From assembly GCA_028534125.1 (NCBI GenBank), contig CM052817.1, positions 40,364,001 through 40,428,000 of the forward strand: a stretch of 64,000 nt of DNA. Reading direction: 5' to 3'. The position numbers were made by a program, and so were the translations under genes. Position 1 is the first letter of the stretch. Every line of letters begins with the position of its first letter. The notes beneath the pieces were generated by a model. That model made no database searches. It was not told the DNA's origin and saw only the letters and a program-made list of their open reading frames with translations. The DNA is from Lama glama (Eukaryota). This document shows positions 13,548 to 25,836 of the stretch, in pieces.

Positions 13548-13930
13548 TCAGATATCATACAATATCACTTACATGTGGAATGTGAAAAAAAATGATACAA
13601 ATGAACTCATTTACAAAACAGGAACAGACTCACAGACATAGAAAACAAACTTATGGTTACCCAAGGGGAAAGGGAAATAGGGGAGGGATAAATTGGGAGT
13701 TTAGGATCAACAGAAACACACTACTATGTATAAAATAGATAAACAACAAGAACCTACTGTGTAGCACACAGAACTATATTCAATTTCTTGGAGTAACTTT
13801 AATGGAAAAGAATCTGAAAATATATATATATGTATGTGTATATATATATATATATATACACATATATGTATAACTGAATCACTTTGCTGTACACCTGAAA
13901 CCTTGTAAATCAAATATATTTCAATTAAAA
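13548..13930 (+). mobile_element. 5'-truncated laurasiatherian/artiodactyl-type L1 3' end with internal (TA)n
   Basis: atatcacttacatgtggaa...aatgaactcatttacaaaacaggaacagactcacagacatagaaaacaaacttatggttacc...actgaatcactttgctgtacacctgaaac. Flanked by aaagatt direct repeats. Confidence 0.85.
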
Positions 13931-14275
13931 GATTAGTCTCTGTCCCCCTAGAATTTTCAGACTAGCAAGGAACCCACAAATTAATTTACAGACAATTACA
14001 CTCTAGTGAGAGGAGTGCTATTATAGGAGAGAGAGGGGTCTCCTAGCCCACCTTGCAGGCTGGAAGGAACTAGCTTCTAAGCCAATGAGATGAGAAGGAG
14101 TTGGATGAAGGTGGGGGCAAGGATATTTGTTATGTCTGTCACTTTAGAGAACTATATAGAGCCACTGGACTTGGAGGGACCTTACAAATCGTTTAACCCA
14201 TGCCTTCCATTTTTTTTCCCATAAGAAAACCAATAAATTTTGTAAATAGAAAGTTGGGGATAGAAGTATTGTTGT

Positions 14276-14420
14276 GGGGGAGGGTATGGCTCAGTGGTAG
14301 AGTGTGTGCCTAGCTTGCGTGGGGTCCTGGGTTTAATTCCGAGTACCTCCATTAAAATTTTTAAAAAAACTAATTATGCCCCCATCTGAAAAAATTTTTT
14401 AAATTAAAGGTTAAAAAAAT
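14276..14420 (+). mobile_element. Camelid tRNA-derived SINE (Vic-1-like)
   Basis: gggggagggtatggctcagtggtagagtg...gtcctgggtttaattccgagtacctcc plus A/T-rich tail. Confidence 0.85.
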
Positions 14421-14422
14421 AC

Positions 14423-14783
14423 TGTCAGTCTGTTTGGGCTGCTATGACCAAAAAAAAAAAAATGCTATAGACTGGCTATCTTACACAACAAACATTTATT
14501 TCTCAGTTTTGGAGGCTGGGAAGCCCAAGATCAAGGTACCAGCAGATTTGGTGTCTGGTGAGAGCTCTCTACCTGATTCATCGATGGCTGTGTTCTTGCT
14601 GTGTCCTCACACAGCAGAAGGGGCAAGAGAGCTCTCTGGGGTCACGTTCATAAGGACCCTAATCCCACTCACGAGGGCTCCACGCTCATGACCTCATCAC
14701 CTCCCAAAGGCCATCACTGCATGAGGATTAAGTTTCAACATGTGAATTTTGGGGAGGTGGGACACAAACATTCAGTCTCTAGC
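14423..14783. mobile_element. MaLR solo LTR (MLT1A-like)
   Basis: tgtcagtctgtttgggctgctat...catttatttctcagttttggaggctgggaagcccaagatcaaggt...ggacacaaacattcagtctctagca. Confidence 0.8.
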
Positions 14784-16169
14784 AGGGACCTACATCTTGG
14801 ATTATTGGCTCAGTGTTCTTTGGGTTGTATCTTGTTCTTTGAAAGGGGCTGCAACGGTTCTCTGAAGTGTGAGTGGCCACTCATGTCCTTAGGTCACTAT
14901 TCAGCCTGGACAGCGTGGAGACCCAAAATCCAAAATGAGACTTTGAATCACTGAATGAAAGGAAGAGAGCTTCCATGATACACAAAGATAGTGCAGCCTG
15001 TGGGCATTTTCACGTTCAAGAAGCTAGCTTTACCAGTGGCACCAGTCAGGCCACATGGAGCAGACAGATTCCTTAAGGAATAAGTCCTTGCACTTAGGGG
15101 TGGGAGCTGGAGCGGTGGGTCCCCTTGTCAGCAGCCTTGCACCTGGTCTCAGTCCTTGCTGCCCTAGGCTGAGTGGGGGGCTTCCTGAGAAACAGAAAGC
15201 TGCCCAGCTCGTTGTCCATTTCAGCGTCACACTTTAGAGAATCCCCCTCCTGGGCAGGGTTCCCTCTGCTGTCCTCTGTGGTCCTCTGAAGGCAACAGTC
15301 CCTGTTCCAGTTTCAGGGGCCGGGGTTTGCCACTGATTCCACTCACTCCCGGGGAGCAAAGTTGCGAACAGACTCAGCTGGGAGAGTTGCCCCAAACAGG
15401 CAAATGTGTAAATGGCAGAGACCCAGGATTTACACCAGCACTGATGCTGCAGTTGATTGAGCAACTGTGCTTGGCCATCCTAATGACAGCTTATCAAAGA
15501 AAAGCTTGCCAGAGAGCTTTCCATTACACAGTCTAATAAAAGAGCAAAGATAGTGGCATTGAGGGTAACAGGAAAGCAACACATTTCAAGCTATAGTTCC
15601 AGACTTTTCTCTAAAAGGTTGTTTTACCAAGGCTGTTACAAAAAGTAGTTAACTGGACAACTTCAGGTTTTGCTCTCCTGTCAAGTCGTGAGCAATGAAA
15701 AGGCAGACATTTGGAGGTGAGGGAGAGAGAAGCGAGCTAGTGGTGTCTCATTTAGACCGTGGCTATTTGGGCCCCTGCTCTAGGTCCTGTGCCTTCAGGT
15801 CCGTGCTTCTCCCCACTGGGTGAGGAGATCACAGGGCGAAGGAGCATGCCACCTGCAACCTTCTGCTTCTAGACCATGCCTTAGGGTGGAATTCCCTGCC
15901 CAAACGGCTCTGAGCTCACTTTCAGAACCTTCACCAGCCTCTCCCAGGCTCTGACCTCCTAGCGGGAAGTGTGTGTGCGCCCTAGTCCAGAAGAGTGGCC
16001 AGTGGACAGTGTTAGCTTAGGGAAGAGCTTGGATGTCCACGAAGAGCAGACAGAGCTGGGGTGGGATGAGGAGGGATTGGGCCACAGGCTGGGGGCCTCC
16101 ACCTCTGCTCTTGGCAGGGACCCTACAAATGTTAGGGGTGAGCCTAGAAGGGCCTACGGAGAAGGGTGA

Positions 16170-16622
16170 CAGTGGGTCTATCAGCTGGGAATTGTATTTG
16201 GCTTAAACAAGATAGAAGTTTATTTCTCTCACATATAAATAACTGAAGGTCTAGGTTATGGTAGTAGCACAGGACCAAGTAAAGAACTGAATTTTCTTTG
16301 CTTTCTGCTCCCCCATCCTTAGCATGTGACTTTCATTCTTTCATTTTGAGGTCCAAGGTAGCCACGAGAGCTCCACCCAGAAGGAAGGTGGGGGTGGGGT
16401 AGGGGTAACACTGCTCAGTCAAGTCAGTTTCCTGTAAGGAGCTTCTCCAGAACACACACAGCCTATCCACTTACTTCTCATTAACTGTATTTGTGCTCAA
16501 GGGAAATTGGGAAATGCAGTCTCTTGGTTGGTGCATTGCACCCCTGAATAAAATCCTGGTTTTCTTTCTTCGGAAGAAAGCGTGAAGTGATATGCGGTAA
16601 GCAATTAGCAGCCTCTGCCATA
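16170..16622. mobile_element. Old MaLR LTR (MLT1J/K-like)
   Basis: ggcttaaacaagatagaagtttatttctctcacat...aagggaaattgggaaatgcagtct...gcagcctctgcca. Confidence 0.55.
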
Positions 16623-18276
16623 GTTACTTAATCGTTCTGTCTCAAGCAAATGATTGGCCATCACAAATGTGTAGCCTGTCTGTCTCCATTCAGTCAGCAG
16701 AAACTGGAATCTCAAATCATTTTTCTGAGATGGCAGAATGACGAGAGAATTCAGAGGCTGTTGCTCCTATTCCCATGGAATCCCATCTTAGAAATTCCTC
16801 TAGAAGTAACATGCAGATGCTGTCAGGTGCATTTTATGCTGGCCTAGTCCAGACACAGGAAAAAAAGTTTCTTGATTCATCACCTAGATGATGGGATAAG
16901 CTAAGAGAAAATGGATGGAAAGATTCAGAAGAGGGGAGCACTTGTTTCAGTGCCCTGGAAAGAGGTGAAAATATGCAAATCTTGCCATTCCAAGAGAAAA
17001 GGCACTTGAATGGCTAGAACCTTTTTGAGGTCTGTTTCACCTCAATTTGTCTCCTGATCTGTTATCATTAGTCTTTTTTTTTTCTTTTTCAAGGACGAGC
17101 ACCACATCTCTGTCACCTTTTTATGACTTTGTGTCAGTCCTGCCTGTCTAAACCCTAAGTGTATTTCTCGGTTGGTGACTGTCACATAGCCAGGGCAGAG
17201 CAGCCAGACAAGCCTACAACTGACTCATCTTCACTTCTCTACCCCTACAGCTTCATCTTTCACTCGGGGGATCCCCTAGTGGGGTGGGATGAGTCATCTG
17301 GGGATTTACAACCAACTTGACTCCCTCTCCATTGACTAAATCCATTGCTCTTTGATCCTGGTTTCATGTTGGATCTTGGGGAGTTTCTCTCTACTCTGAG
17401 TTCATTTTCCCTGGGCCCTACTCTACTGATTGCTAACAATTCTTGTCTAGATTAATGACTGAATAGCTGGCACATTCAAGGCCTTGGTTGGGTAAGTTGT
17501 CTTTTGTGGAAAACGCTATAGACATAATCCCCAAAGGACAGACCCTGGATGATAAGACAGTCAAAATATCTAAACCTCCGGGTAACATGTGGGGACAGGT
17601 GTGGAGGCAGGGCCCTTCAAGCACAACTAGCCCCTGCCACTCCCTTGCTTATCAATCACCCTTGGCTTGACCGCTGCTTGTTTCTCTTCATGTCCTTGAT
17701 GGTCCTAAAACAGTGGAACCAAACTATCTCCAGGGTGAGCATGAGTCAGCCATGCTCTACGCAGAGCCCAGCTCTTTGGCATCCTCTCTGCCCACTCACA
17801 CCGTGATAATAGAAACCATGAGGCACACGGCGTTTCTCAGGGGATCCAGCTTCTTTTCTTTGCTGTGTGTATCCCTTTTCATTCAACAGCTGTGTTCTGA
17901 GTGCCCACTCTATACCACGCACTGTTCTAGGTGCTGGGGATGAAACAGTGAACAATAGAACCAGGTTCTGAAGAGTACCTGCTCTTTCTTTCTAGAGCCT
18001 CTGACTGGGTTTGGGGATGTGAGACAGAAGCCCCGCCAGGCATCTGACTGGACCTCTCTCCCCATGGATGCCTTTGCTGCTCGAAGCTATTTTTGGTTCA
18101 CTCCCTCTTGTTGATTTACCTCTTTCTGTCTCTGCTGTCTTTGTCTCTTCACCTGCTAGCAGGCTTTGTTCCTCCCCATGCCCTGCTCCGCACAGGGACA
18201 TTTTTCCTCCCATCACACGGTGTTCTCCATGCCTTGATGGTCTTCTCCCCATCTTCTTGAGTTTTTAATTCACTTA

Positions 18277-18717
18277 TTTATTTTTTATTGAAGTATAGTT
18301 ACTATACAATATTGTATATATTACAGGCACATGATATAGTGATCCACAGTGTTTAAAAGTTATATCCCATTTATAGCTATTGTAAAATATTGGCTATATT
18401 CCTCATATTGTACAGTATATCCTTGTGGTTTGTTCTCTATATCTACAAGTCTGTTTCTTTTTTTGTTTATATTCACTAGTTTGTTGTATTTTTTAGATTC
18501 CACATATATGATTCCATATATCATACAGTATTTCTCTGTCTGACTTAATTTCACATAGCATAATGCCCTCTAAGCCTACCCATGTTGCTGCAAATAGCAA
18601 AGTTTCATTCTTTTTCATGGCTGAGTAGTATTCCAGTGGGATGTTTTTTTGTGTGTGTATCTACCACATCTGTTTTATCCATTCATCTATTGATGGACAC
18701 TTAGGCTGCTTCCATAT
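18277..18717 (-). mobile_element. 5'-truncated L1 3' end
   Basis: ttttattgaagtatagtt...ccatgttgctgcaaatagcaaagtttcattctttttcatggctgagtagtattcca...gatggacacttaggctgcttccat. Confidence 0.85.
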
Positions 18718-20140
18718 CACAAAAACCACTTAGCTTTTTGCTCAGGCAGACTCTTTTCTTTTCCTTGACAGAAAGATGACAGTTCTTTGTCCTCTTGTAT
18801 TCTCTCCTTCATTTTCTTGCTCTGATTATTCTTTTCATATGTTCCTTGTGTATGTAAACATTCTGTCCCCTTGAATCTTCTCTTCTATTTTTGAGGAACA
18901 TCTTACCTTTGGTTAACAGCTTGAGCCCTGGAATCTTCTCTCACACACTGCCCTCACTTTATATGGTAACTTCTCCTGGCTCTATAAAAGTTCTGACAAA
19001 GAAATAAATTTTTCTTTGAATAATTTTCTCTGTGTCCAGCTGTAGTTGGCAGGAATTAAAATTCTGAATTTCTGAGGTCCAAGGACTTGATACAAATCAA
19101 CGAAAGAGCTGGGAGCTGTGTTTATTTAGATCCCTTTTGTTAAAAGTCAGTAGAAGAGGCAAACTATCCCTTAGCTACACATAGTAAACTTTTGGCCTGT
19201 ATAAAGAGACTTTGCTGTGGCCAAGCAGCTGAACAATACTGTGGGATACAGGACAGAGATGATTCAATATTGAGGAGGCAGCATCAACACCAAAATTTCC
19301 CTATTTTAGTGACTAAAAATTTGGACAGGGGAGAAACCAGTGTGGCACATAATTCAAGAACTCATTTTGACTTTTAAAAAATTTCCAAGTCAAAATGCCA
19401 TTTGTTTGCCTCTCTCAGAGGTACTTTTCCTAGTAGGACTTTGGGAGAACTTGTGTGTGTGTGAAAATACATCAGCTGCACTAGTATCATTTTTCTTTCC
19501 CCACATTGATCATCCATTTCTATATGTGAAATTCCCCTGGCAACGTGAGGAGACAGCTTCTCAAATGTCTGCCATCTGAATGCTTCAGTCACAAGCATGT
19601 TAGACATATTAATCAACAGATGTCCATGGATTCTGAAACTGCTGTTAGGAAAATGTTAGCTTCATTGTGATGGTAATAAAGGCATCTTCACGCATCTTCA
19701 CGTCAGTAGCCAAGAATAGCTGTCATTTACTAACTACCCACTATGTACTTACATTATATCTTTATATACATTATCTCTGATCTTTTCAGTAATGCTGTCA
19801 TGTAGACTGGTACCTGGATTCTGAAATAGAATTCTAAAGATTCTGGTTCCCCACGGTCTTGATTAACCAAATCAAAAGAGAATAGTGTATGTTTGCACTA
19901 AATTATTCTTTGTCTAGTAAAATACTACTTTACTACCAAAGCTTAGAAGGAATCTTAGCTAATTTTAGTGTAAAATTTAAATAATTACATAGATGTCAAA
20001 GCAAGGTTAGATTGACATTTGAAGGGTTAGATTGACAAAATGAAAGACATTTTGGTGCAAAGAGATATCATTCTCACTAATATTTAGATGTTATCAATTT
20101 CGGGTTCTCTTTCCTTTCTTTTTTATTCATAATTTTTTTA

Positions 20141-20282
20141 ATCAAAGTATATTCAATTTACAATGTTGTATCAATCTCTGGTGTACAGCGTATTGTCCCA
20201 GTCATGCATATATATATAAAACTGAATCAGTATGCTGTATACCAGAAATTAACACAATATTATAAATTGACTATACTTCAAT
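20141..20282. mobile_element. Two inverted L1 3'-terminal fragments joined at a (TA)n tract
   Basis: Arm 20141-20203 is roughly 80% identical by eye to the reverse complement of arm 20219-20282. Both arms match the L1 3' terminus seen elsewhere in the window. Confidence 0.8.
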
Positions 20283-20559
20283 AATAAAGTAATATAAGAA
20301 GTTCATTGCAGAAAATTCAGAAAATGCAAATAAGCTTTACAAAGAACAAAATAATTGGCAACCCTTCCACTTCGAAAAAAATTAGTTAAAATTTTGATAA
20401 ATAACCTCCTAAAGTTTTTTTTAATGAATCATACTATGCTTTCTTTCTGCAAAAATATATTCATACTCTATATACTATTTTAAAGTGATTAAAATTTTTA
20501 TAACATTTAATATTCACCTTCATTATTTCATTTCCAGCCTCGTGTGTGTGTGTGTACAT

Positions 20560-22760
20560 ATCCTAATTTCCACTTGATGTCATCCTTCTGCCTAAAGTTC
20601 TTCCTTTACCATTTCTTGGAGCACGGTTCTATTGTCAGTAAATTATCAGGTTTTGTTTGTCTGAAGGTCTTTATTTTACCTTCATCTTTGAAAGGGATTT
20701 TTACTGGACATAAAATTCTGGATTGGCAGGGTTTTTTCCTTTCAGTATGATAAGATGTCAGTCTCTTGTCTAATGCCTTGCATGTTATTGGAGAATCTGC
20801 TAAGATTCTTAGCATTATTCCTCTGCATGTAATGTTTCTTTTTCTTGCTGCCTTCAAGAGTTTTATTTTTATTTTTGGTTTTAAGCAATTTGACTCTGAT
20901 GTGTCTAGGTTTGGGTTTTTGTGGGGGCATGGGGCAGGGAAGGTGTCATCCTGTTTGGGATTCTTTGGGCTTCTTGGAACTGTGACTTAGTTGTCTTTCA
21001 TTAATTTTCAAAATTCTTGATCATTATCTCTTTATATTATTTTTGACCTTATTTTCTCTCTCTTCACAGACGTTAAACTGTTTGATATTGTTTTTCAGCT
21101 CGTGGAGGTGCTGTTCAGTTTAATTCATTCCTTTTTATCTTTATATTTCACTTTGAATAATTTCTATTGCTGTGTCTTCAAGTTTACAAATTCTTTCCTC
21201 AGCTATGTCTGGCTACCAGTAAGCCCATCAAAGAAATCAATTTCTGATACTGTTTCTTATGTAAAACATTTGCATTTGACTCTTTTATACCTTCTATCTC
21301 TTTGCTGAAATTTCTCATCTGTTCATGCATATTGTCCACCTTTTCCACTATATTCCTTTAACCTGTTAATTACAGTTATTTTAAGGTACCTATTGATTGC
21401 AGCATCTGGGTCATCTTTGAATTTAGTTCTGTTAATTACTTTATCTCTTGATACTTTTGTTTTCCTTGTGCTTCTGTGTGATTCATAATCTTTAATTATA
21501 TGCTAGACATCATGTCTAGAAGAACAGAGAGACTAAGGTAAATATCATCTGCTCTTGAGAATAGGCACGTTAGTCTTCTTGCAGGCCATCAGTGTGAGGG
21601 GGGTGGCAGAGGGTGGAGGTTAAGTCAGTGAATCAGGAGTTGAGCTGAGGCTAGGTTTTGTTGTTGCTATGGTTACCTTTAGTGCACCACATTCTTCAGT
21701 GGATGGCTGCTGATACCGTGTGTGTAGAGTGGAGTCTGGGGTGCCAAAGGACTTTTCTAAGCATTTGTGCTTCCCCTCAGCTTTCAGCCATCTCTGCATA
21801 CCTGCACCCAGAGTAGATCTCTCTTTGCACTCTTGCCCCTACCCCAAGGTTGGGGGATTGGCAGAGGCGTCTGTTGTTTGTTTCTCTGGGCATGGCTTGT
21901 TGTAGGGGAATGGGGTTTCTTTTTCGTCCTGTCCCTTTATCAGTCTTAGGCAAGCCCTGTGTGCCTGAACCTTGGGGTTAAGGTTTTCTGAGCATTCTTG
22001 CCTCTCCCCACAGTAGGAGATGTGCTCTGGAGCAGTGCAGGGTCCTGGGCATAAGCCAGTGGTGCAGAAGGTTTTTGCTTCCACCCTTTCCTCAGTAGCA
22101 ATGGCTCTGCGCTTCTGTCTCGGGCGAGAGAGTTTCCTACTCCTCCCTCAGAGACAAGCAGGTTTTGCTTCCATTCTTCTCCCAGGAGCAATGGACTTTT
22201 CCCTGGTCCTAGGGGCCAGAGGGCTTTCTCCCCTCCCCCAGCAGTTTAAGACTTTTGGTGGTAAGAGAAGGCTCTGGGGAAGAAGGCGAGGCTGGCTTGT
22301 CTCCCAGCAGCAGCTGCATGTTTGTATCACCTCCTGCGTGTCTGTACAGTGGAGGAGGGCTTGCTCCAATATCTTACTTCGCCTCTAAATTCTTTTGCGA
22401 ACTCCCAGTGGAGGTTTGTAGAAAAGATCTTGAGCGTGAGTGCAAACTCCCTTGAGTCTGAGGCTCTAAGCTATTCCACATGGACATACTAGCCCACACT
22501 TGGCCTTTAAGGGTGTGTTAAACTTTTAGCTGCTTACATGGTGGCCACTTCTTTGGCTTGTGCAAGAGTGAAGCAGCTCAGGGATGGACTTATCACTCTG
22601 GAATTCAATTCACTTGGTTGCCCTTTGGCCTCAACTCCCTGGTGGGCTCAAGAAAGGTGATGATTTTGTAATTTACCCAGCTTTTTCTCATCATCATTCA
22701 CATGGGAACAACATTCTCTTAGGACTTTCCGTATCCTAAGTAGAAGCAGAACTCTGCATC
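20560..22760 (-). mobile_element. Old L1M 5'UTR/ORF1 region
   Basis: Minus-strand ORFs read KPRHIRVKLLKTKNK and KKPCQSRILCPVKIPFKDEGKIKTF, which are degenerate L1 ORF1p motifs (PRHIIV..., QPRISYPAKLSF..EGEIK.F). Confidence 0.8.
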
Positions 22761-22942
22761 CTTTTTTATAATCTGCAGCTTCCATTTAACAGAATACTGT
22801 GATGTCTTTCCAGTTTTAATGCCTGCTTAGTGTCTCATTGTGAAGATGTATCATAATTATTTCTGATAAACATTGAAGGATTTCCACTCCTTTAAAAAAT
22901 TAGTTATAACAATGCTGTGATAAATAACTTAGTGCATAAATC

Positions 22943-23064
22943 TTTTTTGTGGGGACAGGACAGTTAGATTTATTTGTTTATTTTTTTATTGGAGGTACTG
23001 GGGATTGAACCCAGGACCTCCTGCACGCTAGGCATGCACTCTACACTAAGCTATACCCTCCTCC
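22943..23064 (-). mobile_element. Camelid tRNA-derived SINE (Vic-1-like)
   Basis: ggaggtactggggattgaacccaggacc...gctataccctcctcc. TSD agtgcataa(a/g)tc at 22931-22942 and 23065-23076. Confidence 0.9.
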
Positions 23065-24341
23065 AGTGCATAAGTCTTTGACCATAGCCATGATACTTTC
23101 CTTTGGCTAAAGTTTAAGTCAGAATTGCTGAGTCAAATAATATGTAAAATCCTCAGCTTTTGATACTCATTGTCATAATGAATTTGCAAATCTCTGAGAC
23201 TAAACATGTGTTGATTTGTTCTTGGCCATTTTCCCTTTAAAAGAGACATACAGTGGTGTACACGAGAAATTAAGACAACATTGTAAACAAACTATATTCC
23301 AATTTTAAAAAGATATACAATTATTTTCCCCACAACTATAAATCTACCATTGGCCAAATAACAAAGATACTGTCTCTTCATTTCTATCCCCCCCCCTTTT
23401 TTTTGTTGAAGAGAGAGATCTGACAAAATGAGGTGACAGAGCCTCCTTTTCTATCCAGCATCCTCCTGCCTCTCAGGGAACAAGAAGGTAAATCAGTCAC
23501 AAATGAATCTGATGTCTAGACAGGCAAATTAACACAGGGGGCATGTTATATATGTCTTGTTCTTACTCTTCTCAATGGTCTGAGCTGGGAGATATTACAG
23601 CACACGTAGTAATAGTCATTTTAGTGCTGTTTTGCTTCATTGCAAGACTCTCCTCTAGTGATTACTCCAGCCACTCTCCACATTTATCTGGCTAGTATTA
23701 AGCTAGGAGGAGAGTAACGAAGGACAAATTGTTTAAACAAGAGGCATCCGAAGCCACCAGTGCATATTTTTAAGTAAGAAATAGGCTAGTTAACTGGAAG
23801 CAGATCCATTACTTACTATCCAACCTGTAGTTCTTGCCATGAAATGATTTGCAGAGTCAGTGTCCTTGTGACAGCTATTTTGTGAACATTTTGAATGAGG
23901 CTGAACCCCTTTTTAAAACTGGAAAAGTGTGATGCATATATATTTGTGAAATCCAAGTACATTTTTCTCTCTTACTGATGCAAAATGCTGATGGTAATGG
24001 ATTACGGAGACCCCTTGTCTGTTGACAGTTGAAGTAAAAATATTGTCTTAAGTAATGAATTTGTTGATAGCTGTTCCATTACCCAAATTGAATGTTTAGA
24101 TCAGTCACATAGAGGCTGTCATGTCAGAGCTACCAGGGAGCTTTTCCTTTGACATATTTATTCTAATTCCTCAGACCCCATCTCACTGTGTTATAGCCTA
24201 TTGAATGTGTCATAGAATGATTAAGTTGGGGCATATGAGGTTTTGTTATTGACACCATTTACACAGTTGCTCTGGAGAAATTAAACCCTTGCTGAATGAA
24301 CCTGGATTGAATTCTCAGCCATTTTCTCTATCCTTTATTGG

Positions 24342-24546
24342 TACAAAGGACAGAGACTTGTCTAGAGACAAGGGAGGGCTTTCAACCGCGAAGCCGCACT
24401 ACAAGATGCTTTGTGAATTGCATCAAGGGTGCATCTTGAAAAGTGACCCTCAAGTACTGTGTGGCTTTGTTATGTACTCACGGAGCCACTCCAAACAGTA
24501 CTTCTTGATGCCCGACGCTCCTTCTATGTCCCTGGGGGTATTTTGA
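24342..24546 (+). other. Latent intronic homolog of the human SCD5 isoform-B alternative terminal exon
   Basis: Frame reads TKDRDLSRDKGGLSTAKPHYKMLCELHQGCILKSDPQVLCGFVMYSRSHSKQYFLMPDAPSMSLGVF*. It matches the recalled human SCD5B C-terminus (...EMLREWHQGHILK...NHSEKCCLMLRALSVSLEVF*) in blocks and at the stop codon. Preceded by a polypyrimidine tract at 24319-24339. Confidence 0.7.
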
Positions 24547-25836
24547 AGGTCAGAAGAGAGACACACAATAGTGGGACTTGATGAAATTACATAACATAAT
24601 ACTCGTAACAACATATATATTGTATGTATTGATGAGTCTATTCCTCTGTCACGACATCCTTCAGTAAATGTTTATAGTTTCGTAAATACAGATTTTGTGT
24701 GTTCCTTGTTCAGTTCATTCTTAGACATTCTGTAATTTTTGCTGTTATTGTTAACAGGAATCACTGAATTTTTATTTCAGGGACCCAGAGTGGTTGCCCA
24801 GACATCTTAACTTACCTTCCTAAATATCCCAGGTGAATGGCAGGAACTGTCAAGTTGCCCAGGCTTTTCGCAAAAGGATGCCCAAAGGCGAGCTGGCAGG
24901 AGGCAGAGGGCACCAACTCAGAACCACCATCCAGATGGCTAGCTTCATCAGCCTTAGAAATTAAAAATTCACCCTCCTTCCCTCCTTGCTTTCCTTAAAG
25001 AAATGCTTTCATGCATTCAGAAAATTTAAAAAGGAAGGAAGGCAGGAAGGAGAGCACAGGCTAATTTTCTGTTCCTGGGAAGCATACCTGACTGCAAAGG
25101 GTGTTCTAGGCCAAATTCTTCGTCTAAAATACTGAAATCACAAAGATTGAAAAGGATGAATTCCCAGTGAAAGACCAAAGAAATCACAGTCAGCCCACCA
25201 GCTGAGGAAACCCGTGTCAAAAATCAGCTTTGAACTGTCTCCCTGTCCAAGTCACTTATTTCTCTGCACACTGCCTATTTTCATATAAAACAATAACAGA
25301 TCTGTCACACAGATACAAAGAATCTTAGCACTGAGATAATGTGATTTGTCCAAACACGCTCATTGACTCAACTGAAGTGTGCTATCTCTTCTGACATATG
25401 GCTTTCTCTCATAAACCTACTCTTGTCTTTCATTTCAAAGGAAATAAAACAGTTACTCAGACATCCTAACTATCAAGAGATTTAGACAAACCCCATATAT
25501 ATTCTTTTTCAAGATAAATAAATAGGCTTTCAAATTCTGCCCAACTCAGAATCTGGATTTTTAGGATAATGAAAACTGTCATTAACAAACCATCAGAGAG
25601 CCAGTATTTGCTCTAAATGGACTGAGAGAGCAGCACCTCATATGTGACTGTAATAACTAATATTTCAAGGCAAGAATGAGATATTAAGTGTCTCAGAATC
25701 CCAGGTGGTAGTGAGGGAATTTCTGGATCCTGCAAGTCAAGTGTTTACAGAGAAAAAGGAATAGAAATTAGGAAGGACCTTCTAGTAGGGGTGCTCAGGC
25801 AGAGAGAGATGTTTAAAACTGTGATAGCTGTATTTA

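Noticed and set aside
14276..14350. tRNA-like A/B boxes suggesting tRNA genes (seven places)
   Set aside because: Each continues into a shared AT-rich tail and most have TSDs. They are SINE heads, not tRNA genes.
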